From Macrostomum lignano (lineage: Eukaryota): a stretch of 64,000 nucleotides of DNA. Where the stretch lies: assembly GCA_002269645.1 (NCBI GenBank), contig NIVC01000142.1, forward strand, positions 1 through 64,000, given 5' to 3'. Below, piece by piece: positions 45,601 to 55,400 of the stretch. Numbering within the stretch: the first letter of the stretch is position 1; every line of letters starts with the position of its first letter. The translations under genes were made by a program, and so were the position numbers. The notes under the pieces are model-generated. The model did no database searches, was not told the DNA's origin, and worked only from the letters and a program-made list of their open reading frames with translations.

Positions 45601-47782
45601 CTAAGAATCCTAATCTCTAAACTAAGAATCCAAATCTCAAACTTAAGAATCCTAATCTCTAAACTAAGAATCCAAATCTCTAAACTAAGAATCCAAATCT
45701 CTAAACTAAGAATCCTAATCTCTAAACTAAGAATCCTAATCTCTAAACTAAGAATCCTCATCTCTAAACTAAGAATCCAAATCTCTAAACTAAGAATCCA
45801 AATCTCTAAACTAAGAATCCTAATCTCTAAACTAAGAATCCAAATCTCTAAACTAAGAATCCTAATCTCTAAACTAAGAATCCTAATCGCTAAACTAAGA
45901 ATCCAAATTTCAAACTTAAGAATCCTAATCTCTAAACTAAGAATCCTAATCTCTAAACTAAGAATCCTAATCTCTAAACTAAGAATCCTAATCGCTAAAC
46001 TAAGAATCCAAATTTCAAACTTAAGAATCCTAATCTCTAAACTAAGAATCCTAATCTCTAAACTAAGAATCCTAATCTCTAAACTAAGAATCCTAATCTC
46101 TAAACTAAGAATCCTAATCGCTAAACTAAGAATCCAAATTTCAAACTTAAGAATCCAAATCTCTAAACTAAGAATCCAAATCTCTAAACTAAGAATCCTA
46201 ATCTCTAAACTAAGAATCCTAATCTCTAAACTATGAATCCAAATCTCTAAACTAAGAATCCAAATCTCTAAACTAAGAATCCTAATCTCTAAACTAAGAA
46301 TCCTAATCTCTAAACTAAGAATCCTAATCTCTAAACTAAGAATCCTAATCTCTAAACTATGAATCCAAATCTCTAAACTAAGAATCCTAATCTCTAAACT
46401 AAGAATCCAAATCTCTAAACTAAGAATCCTAATCTCTAAACTAAGAATCCTAATCTCTAAACTAAGAATCCTAATCTCTAAACTAAGAATCCTAATCTCT
46501 AAACTAAGAATCCTAATCGCTGAACTAAGAATCCTAATCTCTAAACTAAGAATCCAAATCTCTAAACTAAGAATCCTAATCTCTAAACTAAGAATCCTAA
46601 TCTCTAAACTAAGAATCCTAATCGCTGAACTAAGAATCCTAATCTCTAAACTAAGAATCCAAATCTCTAAACTAAGAATCCTCATCTCTAAACTAAGAAT
46701 CAAAATCTCTAAACTAAGAATCCAAATCTCTAAACTAAGAATCCTAATCTCTAAACTAAGAATCCTAATCTCTAAACTAAGAATCCTAATCTCTAAACTA
46801 AGAATCCTAATCTCTAAACTAAGAATCCTAATCTCTAAACTAAGAATCCTAATCGTTAAACTAAGAATCCAAATTTCAAACTTAAGAATCCTAATCTCTA
46901 AACTAAGAATCCTAATCTCTAAACTAAGAATCCTAATCGCTGAACTAAGAATCCAAATCTCAAACTTAAGAATCCTAATCTCTAAACTAAGAATCCTAAT
47001 CTCTAAACTAAGAATCCTAATCTCTAAACTATGAATCCTAATCTCTAAACTAAGAATCCTAATCTCTAAACTATGAATCCTAATCTCTAAACTATGAATC
47101 CTAATCGCTGAACTAAGAATCCTAATCTCTAAACTAAGAATCCTAATCTCTAAACTAAGAATCCTAATCTCTAAACTAAGAATCCTAATCTCTAAACTAA
47201 GAATCCAAATCTCTAAACTAAGAATCCAAATCTCTAAACTAAGAATCCTAATCGCTAAACTAAGAATCCAAATCGCTAAACTAAGAATCCTAATCTCTAA
47301 ACTAAGAATCCTAATCTCTAAACTAAGAATCCTAATCTCTAAACTAAGAATCCAAATCTCTAAACTAAGAATCCAAATCTCTAAACTAAGAATCCTAATC
47401 TCTAAACTAAGAATCCTAATCGCTGAACTAAGAATCCTAATCTCTAAACTAAGAATCCTAATCTCTAAACTATGAATCCTAATCTCTAAACTAAGAATCC
47501 TAATCGCTGAACTAAGAATCCTAATCTCTAAACTAAGAATCCTAATCTCTAAACTATGAATCCTAATCTCTAAACTAAGAATCCTAATCGCTGAACTAAG
47601 AATCCTAATCTCTAAACTAAGAATCCAAATCTCTAAACTAAGAATCCTAATCTCTAAACTATGAATCCAAATCTCTAAACTAAGAATCAAAATCGCTAAA
47701 CTATGAATCCAAATCTCTAAACTATGAATCCAAATCTCTAAACTAAGACTCCTAATCTCTAAACTAAGAATCAAAATCGCTA
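42680..47782. repeat. 5.1-kb 21-bp satellite (ctaaactaagaatcctaatct)n with higher-order structure
   Basis: Direct reading; unit variants (ccaaatttcaaacttaag, cgct, ctatg) recur in blocks. Confidence 0.98.
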
Positions 47783-48484
47783 AATATCCATGTTGTATTT
47801 AGTAGTTCTATATCAAAGCGGGATACAGTATATCAGTATCTTAGGCTCTAAGTTGTATAATCATGGATGAAAGAAATTATTATAAATGAGTGAGTTTTTA
47901 TTGCAGTTAATAACACGTTGGTACTCGTAGATATTTTGTCCTTATCTACCCTTAGCGTATTGTCTAGTGTGATGCATTTCTTTTGTTCAACGGGACGCGA
48001 TGTACTTTTTATGCCTTCTATTGAAAGCATTGCTCCTTAGGCTTAAGTAGCCGTGTAGTACACAATTGAATCTTTATTAACTAACAGAAAATAAAGGGGG
48101 GGACCATACACTATTTGTTTCTGTATTCTCATGCGGTTACTTTTAGTAATATATTTAGCATTATTTCTACTACTCAATTAGTGTAGTGAGTATATTTACT
48201 ATCTGTATTAGGCGAGACAATTTGTCTATTTTATCTTTACTATATTTAGTCCCTGTCCACGGTATACTCGTTACAATGCGAAAGTCGATGTGTTCATTCA
48301 CCTATCTGCCTGTACATTGTTGTTTTGCTTACCCGCTTGTGTCCAACAGTTCTCTTGGAGATCAGCTCGTTGCGTTTAAATATATTTACTGTATTTAATG
48401 GCCTGATAATGTCGCCTTGTTTAATGTGTCTATTGTTTCATTTGCGTTAGCTGTTTTCAAAAACTCCCAGACTGTCAGTTGCTT

Positions 48485-49262
48485 GACCAGCCTCCCAGAT
48501 CCTTAGTTGCTAGGTCTTCCTTCACCCTCCCAGATCCTCAGCTGCTGGGCCTTCCTTCACCCTCCCAGATCCCCAGTTGCTAGGTCTTCCTTCACCCTCC
48601 CAGATCCTCAGTTGATGGGTCTTCCTTCACCCTCCCAGATCCTCAGCTGCTGGGCCTTCCTTCACCCTCCCAGATCCCCAGTTGCTAGGTCTTCCTTCAC
48701 CCTCCCAGATCCTCAGTTGCTGGGTCTTCCTTCACCCTCCCAGATCCTCAGTTGCTAGGTCTTCCTTCACCCTCCCAGATCCTCAGTTGCTGGGTCTTCC
48801 TTCACCCTCCAAGATCCTCAGCTGCTGGGCCTTCCTTCACCCTCCCAGATCCCCAGTTGCTAGGTCTTCCTTCACCCTCCCAGATCCTCAGTTGATGGGT
48901 CTTCCTTCACCCTCCCAGATCCTCAGCTGCTGGGCCTTCCTTCACCCTCCCAGATCCCCAGTTGCTAGGTCTTCCTTCACCCTCCCAGATCCTCAGCTGC
49001 TGGGCCTTCCTTCACCCTCCCAGATCCCCAGTTGCTGGGCCAGCCTCCCAGATTCTCAATTGCTGGGCCAGCCTCCCAGATCCTCAATTGCTAGGCCAGC
49101 CTCCCAGATCCCCAGTTGCTGGGCCAGCCTCCCAGATCCCCAGTTGCTGGGCCAGCCTCCCAGATCCCCGGTTGCTGGACCAGTCTCCCAGATCCCCAGT
49201 TGCTTGGCCAGCCTCCCAGATCCTCAGTTGCTGGGCCAGCCTCTCAGATCCTCAGATGCTGG
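48485..49262 (+). repeat. 35-bp minisatellite grading into a related 28-bp unit (cagcctcccagatcctcagttgctgggc)n
   Basis: Direct reading; translation periodicities of 35 and 28 aa confirm the unit lengths. Confidence 0.95.
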
Positions 49263-49412
49263 GCCACTCTCAGGCCTTCAGTTAAGGTGTTATTCAAGTA
49301 AGCCTTTAATTGTAATCCTGCCACCTAATGCTGCAATTATTAGGCATAATATTTGTCACGCACCGGAACTCATGAACCACTAGGCAGCAGTCCTGAGTCC
49401 CAGTAGCGTCTC

Positions 49413-49736
49413 ATGCATCACCAGCAGCAACCGCAGCAGCAGCACCGCCAGCATCAGGAAGCCGCCTCAGCCCCCATCCAGCAGGTGGATCTGGTATTCG
49501 GGCCGCTGATTCGCGACATATTCATTCACTACGCCAGCGATTCGCCCGGCACTACGGGAAAAATCCAGGAGCTTCGGCAAAAACTCGAGACAGCCAGACA
49601 GCAGATTGAGCAGGCCGAGGGTATCGACCTGGACTCTGAGACGCAGCGGAGTCTGCTGGACTGTCTGGTGCACAAGCACAAGGAGAAGAGCGACTTGCTG
49701 GCCCGCCTGCGGCAGTGGCATGAGCCTAATGAGTGA
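49413..49736 (+). CDS. MED9: Mediator of RNA polymerase II transcription subunit 9
   Basis: 107-aa ORF; VFGPLIRDIFIHYASDSP...IQELRQKLETARQQIEQAEGIDLDSETQRSLLDCLVHKHKEKSDLLARLR matches the recalled Med9 pattern FLPLVHNII...DSP...L..KFQE.R..I...PGI.LS.E.Q...L..L......KNELL.KYK. Confidence 0.85.
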   Translation: MHHQQQPQQQHRQHQEAASAPIQQVDLVFGPLIRDIFIHYASDSPGTTGKIQELRQKLETARQQIEQAEGIDLDSETQRSLLDCLVHKHKEKSDLLARLRQWHEPNE

Positions 49737-50298
49737 ATCTGTTTCCGGTGTCAATTCCGGTGCCCCATGTGTCTACACCGGTCCCTGTGAAGAAGCCAGC
49801 AGTGCTGAATGCGCCAGCTTCATGTCGCAGCTGTACCAGCTTCAACGAGTGTCCTGCGCCGACGGTCGCCAGTTCACGGGTTGGCTGTACACGGTGGACC
49901 CGGTCAGCCGGACCCGGGTGCTGGTTGACCTGGATGACCGGCAAGTGCACTTCCTACTGGCTGGAGCCACTGTCGAAGTCTCTCCGGTGCCGGGCGCTCA
50001 GCCGGCAACTGAGCAGCAGCGGATCGACATCGACAAGCTGGCTGTCGGGTGCGGCGCCGACGGCGAAGAACTCGACGACTCCGCTGTGGGATCGGCGACA
50101 ATCCAACGCCGCGACCAGGTGCGGGCCTGGTTTGCCAAGCACCGCATCGACTTGGCCGTGGGTGGCGAGGACTCGCTCAGCCTGACTCTAGGCGACAGTC
50201 TCACTATTAGGCCGCCCTACCTTGGCCGCACCTGCTATTGCAATAATGAGATTGTACTGGCCAGGTGTACTGCGCTGCTAGCCTTATTGCCGCCGTAG
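49720..50298 (+). CDS. GEMIN6: Gem-associated protein 6 (SMN complex, Sm-like fold)
   Basis: In-frame ATGs at 49720 and 49729, TAG at 50296-50298. FTGWLYTVDPVSRTRVLV, VRAWFAKHRI and LTIRPPY...CYCNNEIVLAR match Gemin6 (YKGWVLTTDPVSANIVLV, LKKWLEKNHI, LTIDPPY..NCSSSNEIILSR). Confidence 0.92.
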   Translation: MSLMSESVSGVNSGAPCVYTGPCEEASSAECASFMSQLYQLQRVSCADGRQFTGWLYTVDPVSRTRVLVDLDDRQVHFLLAGATVEVSPVPGAQPATEQQRIDIDKLAVGCGADGEELDDSAVGSATIQRRDQVRAWFAKHRIDLAVGGEDSLSLTLGDSLTIRPPYLGRTCYCNNEIVLARCTALLALLPP

Positions 50299-50438
50299 TA
50301 TCCGCTTTAGTTGCAAACTCCTAGCTAATGCTGCATGTTTTTCTAACTGTAAAACATCCTTCTTCTCTACTCACAGTAGCGGATTTGGCACTACTACCGT
50401 CTAAACTATTTGCATTAATTGCTTGCGTTTGTTCTATA

Positions 50439-50444
50439 AATAAA
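50439..50444 (+). terminator. Candidate poly(A) signal downstream of GEMIN6
   Basis: AATAAA about 140 nt after the GEMIN6 stop, followed by U-rich sequence. Confidence 0.6.
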
Positions 50445-50674
50445 TACATTGCCTTGTCTCTGCTTTCTCTATTCAATGACTTAGTGAAGCTTTCAATGAA
50501 GACTTTCTACCAGTATAGTTTTGCTTGCACTTTGTTCTTCCCAATCTTGACTTAGGTGCGGAAACAGGCGTGGGAAAGCAGTAAGTCGGCTGCTGTAATT
50601 TTCATAATGTTTAGTCACGATGTGAGACCAATGAACGGAATCAGTGTAACGTGTGTACTATTTTACCGGTCACT

Positions 50675-51378
50675 GTGTACACCAACCCGAGCTGTCACTG
50701 TGTGTACACCAACCCCAGCTGTCAGTGTGTACAACAGCCCCAGCTGTCAGTGTGTACACCAACACCAGCTGTCAGTGTGTACACCAACCCCAGCTGTCAG
50801 TGTGTACACCAACACCAGCTGTCAGTGTGTACACCAACCCCAGCTGTCAGTGTGTACACCAACCCCAGCTGTCACTGTGTACACCAACCCTAGCTGTCAG
50901 TGTGTACACTGGCTGTCACTGTACACCAACCCCAGCTGTCACTGTGTACACCAACCCCAGCTGTCAGTGTGTACACTGGCTGTCACTGTACACCAACCCC
51001 AGCTGTCAGTGTGTACACCAACCCCAGCTGTCAGTGTGTACACCAATCCCAGCTGTCACTGTGTACACCAATCCCAGCTGTCACTGTGTACACCAACCCC
51101 AGCTGTCAGTGTGTACACCAACACCAGCTGTCAGTGTGTACACCAACCCCAGCTGTCACTGTGTACACCAACCCTAGCTGTCAGTGTGTACACTGGCTGT
51201 CACTGTACACCAACCCCAGCTGTCACTGTGTACACCAACCCCAGCTGACACTGTGTACACCAACCCCAGCTGTCACTGTGTACACCTACCCCAGCTGACA
51301 CTGTGTACACCAACCCCAGCTGTCACTGTGTACACCAATCCCAGCTGTCATTGTGTACACTGGCTGTCACTGTGTACA
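50675..51378. repeat. 25-bp minisatellite (tgtgtacaccaaccccagctgtcag)n
   Basis: Direct reading; lies between the convergent GEMIN6 and AFF-like 3' ends. Confidence 0.96.
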
Positions 51379-52419
51379 CGAAGCCGCCGATCCCCAAGTA
51401 GCAGAAAGAACTAAAGTCCCATCAAAGATGCAGCGGGTTTAGTTTAGCCAATAAATTCTATAAAGCAGTGTTATAGCACAGGGAATTGTCGCAGTAACAG
51501 GTTAATATACATATACTATTGATTTAGCACGCAAGACGCAGAAATATTAATCATATCTCAGTAGCAGAGGCGGCTTTCACAGTTGCAAATAATAAAAATT
51601 GAATAATTTTTGTGTCAATGCAAAACAGCGTCAAAATTTCAGTGTTATTGTATCTAAGCAGGCTAGTATTGGCGGGCCTATAGACTCAGTGAAATACATC
51701 GGCATGATTTACATCTATGAGAGGCATTGCGGTATAAACTCTAATGCTAGACACTAAGGACAGAATTTTTAATTACAATCTATTTAAGGATTCCATCGAT
51801 TAAATTCTAAAATCAACAATCAACAGGCAATTTCTTTGCCGATATATTTATTAGGTAAAAATTGTTGTTTGAAAGACGGAAGTTGAATATTTCATCAAGT
51901 AATTAAAAGTAGAAATATAAGGTACAATTCACTCTGGGTTGATATATGTTTATATTAAGGGTCCAGTGCAATAACTCAGGCTAATGAGTAACATGCCCTA
52001 TGCCATGCACGCGTAAATGTGTCAAACGCTCATGTTCGTACACTGGTGAAGTATCTGTTATCAGGACTTGAGTCTCACAAATTTGCTATCTCTTGTTCCA
52101 CTTACTGTTTTCTGTTAGCCGAGTTCAAGAATTACCAGCCAAGGAGCCAGATAACGAAACATCTATGGCAGAACTCTATTAAACAATTAGCGCTTCAGAA
52201 TCCACAAAATAACGTTAGAAAGCCACACACTATTAGTGCCGTAATTAGCCTGGAGTGTAAGTGAATATTTACCATCAGACAGTCTTTTGGCCATAGTCAT
52301 TCACAACAGGCACTCTCTATAGCAATTTTCTTTTCAATCATGCGCAGATTTTGTAGGAATTCCTTCAACGACGCTAAATAGGTTCTGCCATAGACAAATT
52401 TTAAGCTTCTAAAGTCGCT

Positions 52420-55400
52420 TCAGGTAGCCCCGACAGCTGCACTGCTGGAACCCAGCACGTCGGCCGCAGCCTGCAGGTAGGCCAACAGGTGGCTCAACCG
52501 GTCGGACGGACCGGCCGGCCGGAAGCCGCTCAGCCGGACGGCTTCCTCTTCAAGTCGGACCAAATCTGGGGATTCCGCGAGAAGCTTGTCTCGATTGCGC
52601 ATCATGTGTGCCCAGGTCTCCGTGGCGTGGTACAGGTGTAACAGGTGGCCCAAGAACTGCTCCCGCTGCTCAGCGGCTAGATTGCCATTCTTCATGGCTG
52701 CGCTGTGATTGGCCAGCTCCTGTCTGGAGGAGGGTGGGGAGTGGCAGAGTCAATCTATATCACTGCTGCTCTGTGATTGGCCAGCTCCTGTCTGGAGGAG
52801 GGTGGGGAGTGGCAGAGTCAATCTATATCACTGCTGCTCTGTGATTGGCCAGCTCCTGTCTGGAGGAGGGTGGGGAGTGGCAGAGTCAATCTATATCACT
52901 GCTGCTCTGTGATTGGCCAGCTCCTGTCTGGAGGAGGGTGGGGAGTGGCAGAGTCAATCTATATCACTGCTGCTCTGTGATTGGCCAGCTCCTGTCTGGA
53001 GGAGGGTGGGGAGTGGCAGAGTCAATCTATATCACTGCTGCTCTGTGATTGGCCAGCTCCTGTCTGGAGGAGGGTGGGGAGTGGCAGCATACATGCGCAA
53101 CCTCCAAAATTCGGTCGGCCGTGCGACTTAGTTTTAACAAAAATGCGACGTAGTTTTTGGCCAAAAATGCGACTTACATGTAAAAAAACCCGAAAGCAAA
53201 ATTAACGCAACTTTGGGTAAACGGCAGGAGTAACTATGACTGTCTTAAAAAGCCAAGATGCCTCGTCAGCTACTTAGTACTACTACTTGGTGTTTTTTCG
53301 GGTGGGCATTTTTGCGACTTCCTTGGTTGGCCGCCAAATCGGTCGGCCGGATCGGCCGACTTGGCCGACTGTTGCACATGTATGAGTGGCAGAGTCAATC
53401 TATATCACTGCTGCTCTGTGATTGGCCAGCTCCTGTCTGGAGGAGGGTGGGGAGTGGCAGAGTCAATCTATATCACTGCTGCTCTGTGATTGGCCAGCTC
53501 CTGTCTGGAGGAGGGTGGGGAGTGGCAGAGTCAATCTATATCACTGCTGCTCTGTGATTGGCCAGCTCCTGTCTGGAGGAGGGTGGGGAGTGGCAGAGTC
53601 AATCTATATCACTGCTGCTCTGTGATTGGCCAGCTCCTGTCTGGAGGAGGGTGGGGAGTGGCAGAGTCAATCTATATCACTGCTGCTCTGTGATTGGCCA
53701 GCTCCTGTCTGGAGGAGGGTGGGGAGTGGCAGAGTCAATCTATATCACTGCTGCTCTGTGATTGGCCAGCTCCTGTCTGGAGGAGGGTGGGGAGTGGCAG
53801 AGTCAATCTATATCACTGCTGCTCTGTGATTGGCCAGCTCCTGTCTGGAGGAGGGTGGGGAGTGGCAGAGTCAATCTATATCACTGCTGCTCTGTGATTG
53901 GCCAGCTCCTGTCTGGAGGAGGGTGGGGAGTGGCAGAGTCAATCTATATCACTGCTGCTCTGTGATTGGCCAGCTCCTGTCTGGAGGAGGGTGGGGAGTG
54001 GCAGAGTCAATCTATATCACTGCTGCTCTGTGATTGGCCAGCTCCTGTCTGGAGGAGGGTGGGGAGTGGCAGAGTCAATCTATATCACTGCTGCTCTGTG
54101 ATTGGCCAGCTCCTGTCTGGAGGAGGGTGGGGAGTGGCAGAGTCAATCTATATCACTGCTGCTCTGTGATTGGCCAGCTCCTGTCTGGAGGAGGGTGGGG
54201 AGGACAGGGAAAAATATGGTTCTTAGAACTGGAATAATATTGAACTTGTTTTTATCCGAGACTGAAAATTGCTACACCTGAAAGGAGGCAGAGGCTCGGC
54301 TTGGCAACCAAATTCGACTAGAAATTTAAAAAATGGACCTAAAACTGAATTTTTTACAGAATATTTGCAAGCTAGAGTGTGCAACAGCACGCAGTAAGTC
54401 ATTTTTACGGACAACTTTCCGCAGTGCGCTCCACACTGGAACGCATACAGTATATTCTAAATGTGGCTTAAATATTACCAACTGCCATACGACACAAGAT
54501 AGATAAGGCAGAGAAGAGGGTAAGCAAGCTGTTTGCAAAAAAATTAACGCAATAAATAGGCTGTGGATCATCGCTACAAATGCAGAACCGGATGTGGCTG
54601 GTGAATTTTACTGTAACTGAATTATTTATATTTTTGTACTCTTATTGAATCAGCCATGAATGCTCCACCCCAACCCAACGGGGCCACTACAGCTGCCAAC
54701 TTACCTGTGAATAGAACGCAAATTCTGTTAAAGCCAAGACAGAATGCGCATCCAGTATTAGGATGGAAACTAACTGGTACAGTACATATTCCAGGCCAAC
54801 GGGGGAGACGGAGAGAAATTTAAAAGTACAGTTTAGCGGAATAGCTGGAAAAACAACTTGTTTAAGTTAGACTGGAATGCGAAGGCAGCGGAATGGGGGG
54901 AAGGCCGCATGACTGCAGCAGCATGGCAACAGATAATAATAATAAACCCAAACAGACTTTTTAGCTAAAAACAAACTCATTTATATCATGCCTATTTTTA
55001 TCTGTGTGCAGTCAGTGCTAATGATCTCCCAGAAATACGACCATAATGCAAATGAACATTGTGGTCCAACTGAGGATCTGGAAGGCTGGCTAAACAACTG
55101 AGGATCTGGGAGGCTGGCTAAACAACTGAGGATCTGGGAGGCTGGCTAAACAACTGAGGATCTGGGAGGCTGGCTAAACAACTGAGGATCTGGGAGGCTG
55201 GCACAGCAACTGAGGATCTGGGAGGCTGGCCAAACAACTGAGGAGCTGGAAGGAACTGAGGATCTGGGAGGAACTGAGGATCTGGGAGGCTGGCCCAGCA
55301 ACTGAGGATCTGGTAGGTTAACCCAGCAACTGAGGATCTGGAAGGCTGGCCCAGCAACTGAGGATCTGGAAGGAACTGAGGATCTGGGAGGAACTGAGGA

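Noticed and set aside
42995-47774. Long minus-strand ORFs up to 837 aa (ILSLEIR repeats) resembling leucine-rich or coiled-coil proteins
   Set aside because: Translation of the 21-bp satellite; no unique sequence.
49606-49719. N-terminal extension of the GEMIN6 ORF to the TTG at 49606
   Set aside because: Non-ATG start inside MED9 coding sequence; no Gemin6 similarity before about 49800.
52703-54200. 68-bp regular repeat as a CRISPR array or a tandem family of 67-aa genes
   Set aside because: Units are identical with no unique spacers, there are no cas genes, the context is eukaryotic and intronic, and the ORFs start at TTG.
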